This document shows positions 37,742 through 45,383 of a DNA stretch of 63,671 nt, one piece after another. This stretch comes from Parcubacteria group bacterium (GTDB lineage Bacteria; Patescibacteriota; Minisyncoccia; Phycocordibacterales; WO2-35-19): assembly GCA_012514175.1 (NCBI GenBank), contig JAAZAU010000011.1, forward strand, positions 1 to 63,671, in the 5' to 3' direction. Within the stretch, counting starts at the first letter, position 1. Each line of letters opens with the position of its first letter. The position numbers and the translations under genes are program-made. The notes beneath the pieces were generated by a model. It was given only the letters and a program-made list of their open reading frames with translations, was not told where the DNA came from and ran no database searches.

Positions 37742-38373
37742 TTGACCGCACATTATTACGGAAAAAACAGGTAGCCTGATAACGCCTGATCACACCTGTT
37801 AACTCCTGACCGTTAATACGGTCGAAATACGGTGATCAACCTGATAGATCAGGAAAAGATCAGGTGAACATGTCCGGTCCAAAATTACGGGAGTTGCGGT
37901 CACTGTGAAGTAATCCGAAATAGTGAATGAGACTGTGGGGTAAGCGGTTCTCGGTTCCCGTAATAACGGGAAATTAACGGGAAGGCACTTTTGCATGAAA
38001 TAGTGAGTGAGAGTGTAGGGTAAAGACTGATAAAACAGTTAAATAACAGTCTTTGACTTATCGATCACGAATTACAAAACAGAGTAGGTGCCCGCCGTTA
38101 AAAAACGGTGAAAAAACGGGTGCGAGCCACCATTAGAAAAAGGTGAAAAAATGGGCAGACCAACTTTCAGCAGAAATTACGGGGGTTCGATAGAATACAG
38201 AGTAGAAGTGTAGGGTAAAGCTGCGATTGTAATTTAAGTGCAACAAAACTCTCTGTTGTTAATACAACGCAAAAGCAACGTGTGTCCACCTGCAAATGCA
38301 GGTAAAATGCAGGAGTAATTATTATTTAGATATAGTGAGCGCGAGGGTGGGGTAAATGTTATAATGGTCACAA
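37742..38373 (+). repeat. repeat-dense non-coding region (iteron-like)
   Basis: Four copies of a 24-nt motif ATAGTGAG.G.GAGTGTRGGGTAA (37920, 38000, 38195, 38332). At least 9 copies of an A/T-rich + ACGG(G) decamer. CCTGAT/ATCAGG repeats, including the palindrome CCTGATAGATCAGG (37840..37853). Confidence 0.8.
38319..38355 (+). repeat. left copy of ~37-nt direct repeat
   Basis: TTATTATTTAGATATAGTGAGCGCGAGGGTGGGGTAA, about 33/37 identical to 44768..44804. Confidence 0.85.
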
Positions 38374-38772
38374 ATGACTATTTTTGAAGATGTAAAAAAG
38401 CTTAATTTGCCTATTGGTCAGTATGCAGTTGTCGGCAGTGGAGTGATGTCTGCTTATGGTATACGACCGCACCACGATGTTGATCTAATTGTGACCAAGA
38501 ATCTTTTTGTAATCTTAAAGAATAGTGGCTGGCAAAGTGTTCCGAATAGAAATGGTGTTCTTAAAAGTGGTAACTATGAAGTTGATGCTGATTATAAATA
38601 CAGGGAATATCAGCCGGACCACGATGAATTGATTAGAAATGCGGAAATTATTGAGGGAGTACCATTTATAAGACTCAGTGAGCTGATTAAATTTAAGACG
38701 GCTCTCGGTAGGGATAAGGATAAAAAAGATATTGAGCTCATAGAGCAATATTTGATAAAACAGAAAATTTAG
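38374..38772 (+). CDS. minimal nucleotidyltransferase-fold (Pol-beta superfamily) protein
   Basis: VGSGVMSAYGIRPHHDVDLIV (GS...DxD NTase signature). 132 aa. An extended -10 (TGTTATAAT) lies just upstream. Confidence 0.6.
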   Translation: MTIFEDVKKLNLPIGQYAVVGSGVMSAYGIRPHHDVDLIVTKNLFVILKNSGWQSVPNRNGVLKSGNYEVDADYKYREYQPDHDELIRNAEIIEGVPFIRLSELIKFKTALGRDKDKKDIELIEQYLIKQKI

Positions 38773-38784
38773 ACTAATATCGTT

Positions 38785-39399
38785 ATGATTATGAATACAG
38801 GTAAATTACTTTTAACTTCAACGGGTCTATCCTCTGAAAATATCGCAAAAAGATTTCAGAGTTTTTTTGCTGACCCAGGAAGCCAGGCTGTTGCAATAGT
38901 AACGACGGCTGCAGAAGGTAAGGATCAAAATAAATATTCTCAGCTTGCAAAAAAGCAGTTTGAAGAAATGGGATTCACTAAGATTGATTTTGTTGACCTT
39001 GAGGCAGAGCTAGACAGAGACTTTTCTTCATACGGTGTTATTTATGTATGTGGCGGAAACACCTTCAAGCTTCTTAAATTCGCTCGTGAGGCAAATTTCA
39101 AAACCTCAATCGAGAATCTCCTAAGTCGGGGTGGTGTATATGTGGGCGTTAGTGCTGGAAGTATTATTGTCGGTCCATCAATCAATATAGCTAATGAAGT
39201 CGAACCTGACCCGAATGATATCGGCCTAGAAGATCTCACTGGCTTTAATATCACCGATCTTATTATTCTTCCGCACTATTCTCCAGAGGTTGAGGAAGAA
39301 ACAAAAGTTTTTGAGAAAAAATATAATGTTATTGTGGAGAGATTAAATAATTCTCAGGCTGCTCTCTTAGAAAACGGAGAAAAGATTATTGTTGAATAA
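38785..39399 (+). CDS. peptidase S51 (dipeptidase E-like) family protein
   Basis: VIYVCGGNTFKLLKF ... VYVGVSAGSII (Ser nucleophile context) ... LPHY. 204 aa. Confidence 0.7.
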   Translation: MIMNTGKLLLTSTGLSSENIAKRFQSFFADPGSQAVAIVTTAAEGKDQNKYSQLAKKQFEEMGFTKIDFVDLEAELDRDFSSYGVIYVCGGNTFKLLKFAREANFKTSIENLLSRGGVYVGVSAGSIIVGPSINIANEVEPDPNDIGLEDLTGFNITDLIILPHYSPEVEEETKVFEKKYNVIVERLNNSQAALLENGEKIIVE

Positions 39400-39404
39400 A
39401 AAAA

Positions 39405-39428
39405 GGAGACACACTTGCGTATGTCTCC
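39405..39428. terminator. hairpin between convergent genes
   Basis: GGAGACA-10 nt-TGTCTCC between the S51 peptidase (+) and the 251-aa ORF (-). Confidence 0.45.
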
Positions 39429-39431
39429 CTG

Positions 39432-40187
39432 TTAGAGCAACTTCTCAATCTTACCCATCAGATTCTTCACCCTTTTCCTTTTGGAAAGTTCAAGAGCGAT
39501 TTCAAAGATAGGTCGGTCCAAAGACCGAAGGAGAATTGCTTGTCGTTCAAGCGAACGGAACCCCCGGCAGTACTGACGGCTACGTGCAAACGCTAGCCTG
39601 ATCATTGCGGCTGTAACATCCGAGAGGCATAACTCTCGCTCGATAATTGCATCTTCATGCAATCTTTCAAGCGTTGAGAGTTTTTGCCTTATCTCCTCAG
39701 TACACAGTTCAACAATTTTCTTCGAGAGCGAGATGGGATAGGGAACAAGTAGTTCCCTTAAGCGGTCACTGATATCGGTTACGTCATGTAAAGTTTCAGC
39801 AGTAGCTAAATCTCCGCACAACGCTTCCGGCAACCAGTACCCGGTAGCCCATGGGCGATGTTGACCACCCAAATTCTTGCCCTCAATCCACTCTTCGACC
39901 TGCCTGACGAGCAGAGCTGCATCGCAAACTGCGATACCTCCTGTACTCGTCGGCAGATCAAAGCGTACGCTATCGTCGCACACGAAGAAGTTTCCATCAG
40001 GCCATCGTTTCTTCAGCAAGGATTCGATGATAGGCGAATATGTTTCAATTCTGCCTTCATCGCAACCTGCTAAGAGATCAATCTTGCCTTTTGAAGAGTT
40101 CCTCTTCAGTCCGACGTGTAAGAGCACTTTCATGCCCTGCATCTCACGCAGAACGTGAGTTAGATCGGAGATCACACTACTTTTCAT
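39432..40187 (-). CDS. hypothetical protein (last gene of the AKR-rSAM-AlaRS-like operon)
   Basis: 251 aa in the GC-rich region. Its start overlaps the upstream stop as ATGA. No motif recognised, other than a weak NTase-like G..x8..D segment. Confidence 0.6.
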   Translation of the reverse strand: MKSSVISDLTHVLREMQGMKVLLHVGLKRNSSKGKIDLLAGCDEGRIETYSPIIESLLKKRWPDGNFFVCDDSVRFDLPTSTGGIAVCDAALLVRQVEEWIEGKNLGGQHRPWATGYWLPEALCGDLATAETLHDVTDISDRLRELLVPYPISLSKKIVELCTEEIRQKLSTLERLHEDAIIERELCLSDVTAAMIRLAFARSRQYCRGFRSLERQAILLRSLDRPIFEIALELSKRKRVKNLMGKIEKLL

Positions 40188-41302
40188 AGTGTCTCCTTTC
40201 CGCGTCTTGATTCCTCAAGCCCGATTAAGGCTTTCGGAAATCCGAATGTGGATGCCAGATACTCGATGTCTGATTCAGTAAGAGGACCATTCCTGCGGGA
40301 AACGAGTTTTTGATACTCTTTTCTTCCACGTTCAAGCCCTTTCTCGAACTTTGACACCTCTTCAGCAAAAACGGCTTGCACCGCTTCGGCCGAAGACCAT
40401 TGATTTCCCGATATCACAACAAACTCATGGAACGGAATCGACGTTTGCTGACAGAGGATGAAAGCCTCTCGGATGAGTTTCCGAAGGACGTAATCCGCCG
40501 CCTTGTTTCCAGGCCGAAGCCCTTGTGATACCAAGAGAACCGCTGCTTTGCCTAAATCGGCTAAGCGACACATGGTGGTTTGATCCTGAACTTTTGATCG
40601 TTCAGTGAGAGTACTGATCACACCTCTCCAGTTCGAGTTTTCATAATCGCTTCGGCTGCATTCGATTGCAGTGACGATACGATCAATACTTGCTCCTGAG
40701 TCGGCAGCGATCATCTCTAACGAAGATTCAAAGAGAACTTCTCCCTGAAACTCAGTAAAGACCAAGTTCCAAAGTTCCATCGACTTTCCTGTGCCTGGAT
40801 TTTGCCAGACGATCTCCGTACGAACGCCACATCGGTTCCGAGTCGGGGTATAGGTGACATTTCCGTCATTACTAACGGTCCTGACACCTAACCTTTCCCA
40901 GATTCTTTGCGACGTTGCATCTTTCGGATGCACTGTAGCTGACAGCGTGTTCGAACTAATGCCTAAGCACGCCGTCAGATATCGCCAGGCACTCTCGATC
41001 ATTACATCCTTCACTTCAGCTTCCTTGCCCTCATAGAGGGAAAAGTGGCCGAGCATGTCGAATGCTAGATGATGCCTTCCTGAACGACCGATTTTCTCCC
41101 ATCCGTCAGTTCTCAAGCAGGTTTGTACTGAAACAACGCGGCTGCTCTCGTGGTTTTTTCCATGAGAGATCACGTCTTCAAATACAACTCCACCTGAGAT
41201 GTTGAACAGGAGTTTCGGATTTGAACTTACGATCGGAACGCTGTCCTGCCACTTGAAACCGAAGGTCCCGAAGTGGCGTCTGATTTCATCATACGACTTC
41301 AT
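40184..41302 (-). CDS. alanyl-tRNA synthetase catalytic-domain paralog (no editing/C-Ala domains)
   Basis: CLRTDGWEKIGRSGRHHLAFDMLGHFS, ELWNLVFTEF, DSGASIDRI, ADYVLRKLIREA and STFGFP align with AlaRS core blocks. 372 aa. Confidence 0.7.
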   Translation of the reverse strand: MKSYDEIRRHFGTFGFKWQDSVPIVSSNPKLLFNISGGVVFEDVISHGKNHESSRVVSVQTCLRTDGWEKIGRSGRHHLAFDMLGHFSLYEGKEAEVKDVMIESAWRYLTACLGISSNTLSATVHPKDATSQRIWERLGVRTVSNDGNVTYTPTRNRCGVRTEIVWQNPGTGKSMELWNLVFTEFQGEVLFESSLEMIAADSGASIDRIVTAIECSRSDYENSNWRGVISTLTERSKVQDQTTMCRLADLGKAAVLLVSQGLRPGNKAADYVLRKLIREAFILCQQTSIPFHEFVVISGNQWSSAEAVQAVFAEEVSKFEKGLERGRKEYQKLVSRRNGPLTESDIEYLASTFGFPKALIGLEESRRGKETL

Positions 41303-42525
41303 GCAGAACCTCCCATTGCCAAGTGTTTGAATACAGTCTGCCTGACTGCGTAGGTGAACTTGCTCATCTCAGGATGAGTAACAAGTCCGCGGTTAATATC
41401 CCAACTTACAACGTGAGCTGGAATCCCGAGATTATCCAATATTGCCTGAGCGCGTTCGATGTTCATGGAATATGCTGATCCATGAGCACAGATTTGCCGT
41501 TGAGCAAGAGGACAACGAGACTCCTCGCACTCGTGTCTGGCAAACGCCTGAACCGAAGTGATGCTTGGAATCTTGAGCATCCGAGTAAGCGCGCATGAGG
41601 ACTTCAGGAATACAGGAACGCCAGGGAAGTGTTCTGCACTCAAGGAAAAGATAAAGTCTATCAAATCCTGAGGCAGCATCTTCACATTGTCGTTCCGAGG
41701 AATGTTCGGCATGGGGAGTTTGTGAATCTCCACCAAACCATTCTCGATACCTTCAGTCCAACGCAATCCTCCGGGGATGATCATATCAATGACATTGCCG
41801 TAGTGCTTTTTTACCCAGAGCATCATCATTTCAATGCGGTCCCTGTTTCCGCTCCATTCAGGAACGATCGGGCGCATATACCATGCGATGGTGGCACCAG
41901 CTTCCTTTGCTTCTTCAGCGTTAAGAAAACGGTTGTTGTGAGCAGGTTCAATCGTATCAGGATTGTCTGCCCAGCACAGAGACAACATCAGACCTCGCGT
42001 CGCATTTGTGATGCGGGCGATGTCGAGCTTTCTTCCTTTCGGAACTCCGCCCTTGGTAACGATCCAGAAGGGATTTTGAAGACCGCGGCGCACGAATGCA
42101 TCCATGATCTCAAATGTGCTTTCTGTAACCGGTCCAGGTGCAAACGGTTCAGTGCTTGCTGTTCCGATGCTGATGATTGTCTCGCCAGCAACGAAAAACG
42201 GATGTTTGATCAATTCATCGACGATTTGATCGACGGTGAACTGATTGCGCCGTCTCGGTCTTTTTGGCATTGTGCCTTGATCTGCAAGATCTTGATGGGT
42301 GTCTTGAACGTGGCAGTATCTGCACTGCCAAGAACATCCAACCCACAGATCAATACTCAGCGAGCTGTTAGACACGCTGACGCACGAGAGCGGATGATTG
42401 CTATCCGGTACAAGAACTCCGTACGTATATTCACGAACAGAAAACTCGCGGCCGGTAGTCATCCCATTGATCGTTACGCGCGGTTCCGAATTGGCAGCCG
42501 CTACGTATTCTTGTTTTGAATTCAT
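41299..42525 (-). CDS. radical SAM enzyme
   Basis: VGCSWQCRYCHV (CxxxCxxC). Trimmed to MNSKQEY at 42525, which has a GGAG RBS and an ATGA overlap with the upstream gene. 408 aa. Confidence 0.75.
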   Translation of the reverse strand: MNSKQEYVAAANSEPRVTINGMTTGREFSVREYTYGVLVPDSNHPLSCVSVSNSSLSIDLWVGCSWQCRYCHVQDTHQDLADQGTMPKRPRRRNQFTVDQIVDELIKHPFFVAGETIISIGTASTEPFAPGPVTESTFEIMDAFVRRGLQNPFWIVTKGGVPKGRKLDIARITNATRGLMLSLCWADNPDTIEPAHNNRFLNAEEAKEAGATIAWYMRPIVPEWSGNRDRIEMMMLWVKKHYGNVIDMIIPGGLRWTEGIENGLVEIHKLPMPNIPRNDNVKMLPQDLIDFIFSLSAEHFPGVPVFLKSSCALTRMLKIPSITSVQAFARHECEESRCPLAQRQICAHGSAYSMNIERAQAILDNLGIPAHVVSWDINRGLVTHPEMSKFTYAVRQTVFKHLAMGGSA

Positions 42526-43259
42526 GTGACAACTCCTTTCAAGTGGTTGATGTTGCGTGATATTTGTTCTTCTGTGGTCATACCGATGACAACAGATGTT
42601 CCGAGCTGCATTGCATCTTTGATGAGCAGCTCGACTGGATGAAGGGTAAGTATTTTTCCCTGACAGAAAAGACTTCTCAAGAGAATCTCCTTTTTCATGG
42701 CGATCAAAGAGGGAAGCTGATTCAGTATCCATCTTTGATTCGGATTAAAAGGGGCTTCTACAACATCAATGTAAGGCAAAGCCTCATCACTGATGACTGA
42801 TGAAAAATCATCCGGTAGAGAAATTCCTACTCTTCGAGTCGTATTCCCACTCTTCATCTTTTGCAAGTGTTGAATAATGGGGATTGCATCTGACGTCCAC
42901 GAGGGAAGCCAGTTGTGCAACAAGACGGTGTCGACCTGTGTTCTCTTGAGCCGGTCCAATGAACCTTCAACACTTCGATCAAGATGATCTGGTGTATAAA
43001 ATTCACTGATCGGAGTACGAGTTTTAAGGTCGGGTTTTTTGATTGCTGGGATTTTGGTCACGATGACCGCATCTCCCGGCAACCATGTGCCAATCATCTC
43101 CTCAACTTTTCCTCCACCATAGACAGCCGCCGTATCAAAACGACGAATGCCCGAACTGATGGCGAAAAGCAGAAGAGATTCAATGTAGTCGGGGGGCAGC
43201 TTTTTGAACTGTCCTCCAAGCTGCCATGTGCCGAAGTAGAGTCGTTCAAACCATTTCAT
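42522..43259 (-). CDS. aldo/keto reductase family protein
   Basis: LYFGTWQLGG..., IRRFDTAAVYGGGKVEEMIG, and ...LLHNW blocks. 245 aa. Confidence 0.7.
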   Translation of the reverse strand: MKWFERLYFGTWQLGGQFKKLPPDYIESLLLFAISSGIRRFDTAAVYGGGKVEEMIGTWLPGDAVIVTKIPAIKKPDLKTRTPISEFYTPDHLDRSVEGSLDRLKRTQVDTVLLHNWLPSWTSDAIPIIQHLQKMKSGNTTRRVGISLPDDFSSVISDEALPYIDVVEAPFNPNQRWILNQLPSLIAMKKEILLRSLFCQGKILTLHPVELLIKDAMQLGTSVVIGMTTEEQISRNINHLKGVVT

Positions 43260-43425
43260 GTTTTTCTCCTAATTTTGAGGTTGTTAAAGAGCCTTCAGTT
43301 AAAATTGTTTCTGGCATAAAACTACAACAAAATCAGCTCTAGGTCAACCGATGTCTTGCCAATCATTAAAATAAATGTTAATCTATTTCCGGATTTGAAA
43401 CCTTAACAAAAGAAAGGAGATAAAC

Positions 43426-44717
43426 GTGAGTTTACCTTACAAGACAACAGAGGAAGTGCGTCAGACGTTTCTGGGGCATTTTCTTAAGCGCGATCACCAG
43501 TTGATCGAGCAATCGGGGATTATTCCAAGGAATGATCCAACACTTATGTTCATCAACTCGGGGATGGCTCCGCTCAAACCCTATTTTACGGGCCAAGCGA
43601 CACCGCCATATCCGCGTTTGACAAACGTGCAGGACTGCATCCGTTTCGTCGATGTCGAAAGCGTCGGCATTCCTATCATGGGACGAACTTTCGAATGATG
43701 GGGTCATGGTCTTTCGGTGATTATTTCAAAGAGCGAGCCATTGAGCTTGCCTTCGAACTGATTACTGAAGGTTTCGGGATTCCGGCCGAACGATTGTCCG
43801 CGACGGTATTCATGGCTGATGAAAGTCTGCCGGGAGTACCGAGTGACGAAGAGTCAGCTCGCATCTGGGAGAAATTCCTGCCGCGAGAACGCATCATCGG
43901 TCGACCGCCAGTAGACAACTTCTGGGGTCCTGCTGGCACGAGTGGACCTTGTGGTCCATGCACCGAAGTCTTTTTTGATCGAGGCGAAGAATTCGCTGAG
44001 AAAAAAACTGATGACGTGCTTGTTCCTGGGCGGCACATCGAGATCTGGAACGCTGGAGTGTTCATGCAATACTTCAAGGATGAGCAAGGGAATTTTTCTC
44101 CGCTCCCCATGAAGTGCGTGGACACTGGCGCTGGTCTCGAGCGCTTCGCTATGATTCTTCAGGGTCGGGCTTCGATTCACGAGATCGATCAGTATGAACC
44201 ATCCTACCAACTCATCAATCAGCGCATTGGTGATACGGCGTGGACTCGGATCATTCTTGATCATATCAAGACATCGATTCTGATGATCAGGGAAGGAATC
44301 GTCCCGAGCAATACTCGGGAAGGTTACCTCCTGCGTCGTGCGCTTCGGCGTGCGATGATCGGAGTCTTCCTGCGAGGTATCAATCTGACCATTCTCCAGG
44401 AGTGGGCAGACTCCCTCAGTGAAGTGATTGATAATAAGGATCTGACCGTTCGTCAGAAATCTGTTATCGCTCACTGGCTTAGCGAGGAACGCGACAGCTT
44501 CGAGAAACTGATGCATCGCAGCAGGAAGTATCTGGACAAGATCGTGACGGCAAAGGAGTTGGATGCGCAACACGCGTTCACCCTGAAGACCGGCATGGGC
44601 ATTCCCGAAGATCTCCTGGAAGAATTCTGTGCTCGTCATGGGATTCCGTTTCCGAAGGTCGAGTTCCTCCGGCTTATCGAAGAGCACAGGAACATCTCCC
44701 GCCGTCCGAAGAAGTAG
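43426..44717 (+). pseudogene. second AlaRS catalytic-domain paralog, interrupted by a 1-nt frameshift
   Basis: ORFs 43426..43698 and 43695..44717 join as ...GRTFE|MMGSWSFGDYFK (AlaRS FEMLGNFSFGDYFK motif). Downstream blocks are GPCGPCTEVFFD, EIWNAGVFMQY, DTGAGLERF and GYLLRRALRRA. Confidence 0.8.
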
Positions 44718-44767
44718 TTCTTTCAGTAGCAAACAAGCCCACCTCGTTTACACCGGGGTGGTCTTTT

Positions 44768-44804
44768 TTATTATTTAGACATAGTGAGCGCGGGTGTAGG
44801 GTAA
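44768..44804 (+). repeat. right copy of ~37-nt direct repeat
   Basis: TTATTATTTAGACATAGTGAGCGCGGGTGTAGGGTAA. It marks the end of the GC-rich cassette. Confidence 0.85.
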
Positions 44805-45074
44805 CAATCTTTGAAGCTTGGAATGTAGATCGTAGCGTCATCGATTTTCTCAAATATTTTTCTGACCCGCGCGACCACGCGACCCCAGTGATTAAAGACG
44901 TTTTGTGCTCAAAAAAATAAGTCTTAACTTCAATAATCCACAATATAATCTGTGGATTAACTAGGTTTTGCTATAATAATTAAGCGGGCTCTTATTTAAG
45001 ACCTAAAAGTCAAAAAAAGAGTTTCCGTTATTATAATTAATCTAAGTATCAAATCGCATATACGAAAATATGTT

Positions 45075-45365
45075 GTGATTTCTACTTCTACCAGGATGGA
45101 ATCTAATAACGTAGATTATAAACAAATAATTACTGAAATAATAAAAAAGCAAATTGTTATTTTAGGTCCTCAAATTGCTATACTTAAGGCTAGAGGAGTA
45201 GAAGGACTTAAGGTTTCTGATGAAGGCGAAGTGATTAGCGTTGAAGGTCCGGGTCAAATTATTTTACAAAAACTTATAGACGAATACGTGTTGTTGTCTG
45301 GCGAGATAGTGAAAAATGCTGTTAACTCAATCTTTGAAAAATATCCTTCTATTAAAAAACATTAA
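45075..45365 (+). CDS. hypothetical protein
   Basis: 96-aa ORF (GTG start; an ATG at codon 8 is possible). AT-rich, host-like composition. Confidence 0.45.
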   Translation: MISTSTRMESNNVDYKQIITEIIKKQIVILGPQIAILKARGVEGLKVSDEGEVISVEGPGQIILQKLIDEYVLLSGEIVKNAVNSIFEKYPSIKKH

Positions 45366-45383
45366 TTTATTAATATAAAAAAT

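Larger units (their letters stand above)
25911..44959. mobile_element. integrated genomic island at tRNA-His (serine-recombinase type; right end approximate)
   Basis: The recombinase abuts and overlaps the tRNA 3' end. There is an abrupt shift to higher and mosaic GC, with RM, TA and HEPN cargo. AT-rich host-like genes resume at ~45.07 kb. Confidence 0.65.

Noticed and set aside
37799-37996. 65-aa minus-strand ORF in the repeat region
   Set aside because: It spans the short-repeat arrays, has no RBS-like context or motif, and is most simply explained as a chance ORF in non-coding repeat DNA.
37920-38355. CRISPR array?
   Set aside because: The 24-nt motif copies are imperfect. Their spacing is irregular (80, 195 and 137 nt). 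There are no cas genes in the window and the motif has no palindromic core.
41629-42519. 296-aa plus-strand ORF inside the radical SAM gene (also 43854..44732 and 43721..44125, opposite the AlaRS-like gene)
   Set aside because: These are long shadow ORFs, as expected in GC-rich DNA. The opposite strands carry clear family motifs (CxxxCxxC; AlaRS blocks), and the shadow translations have none.
43693-43698. Programmed -1 ribosomal frameshift in the AlaRS-like gene
   Set aside because: There is no X XXY YYZ slippery heptamer and no obvious downstream stimulatory structure. A single-A deletion or homopolymer sequencing error (GAAATG to GAATG) is the simpler explanation.
37920-44804. Phage single-subunit RNA polymerase (T7/T3-like) promoters
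   Set aside because: The reverse complement of the 24-nt motif (TTACCCTACAC..C.CTCACTAT) resembles T3/T7 promoters ending in CACTAT(A). In that orientation, however, the copies would drive antisense or non-coding transcription. The initiating GGG is absent, and no ssRNAP gene is visible in the window.
44805-45074. Direct repeat of the tRNA-His 3' end marking attR
   Set aside because: I searched by eye for GGTTCGAGTCCGGCTAGTCACC-like sequence. I found only a shared ACCCCA hexamer (about 44878-44887) and a GGTTCGAT at about 38183 with no flanking match, which is too short to be meaningful.
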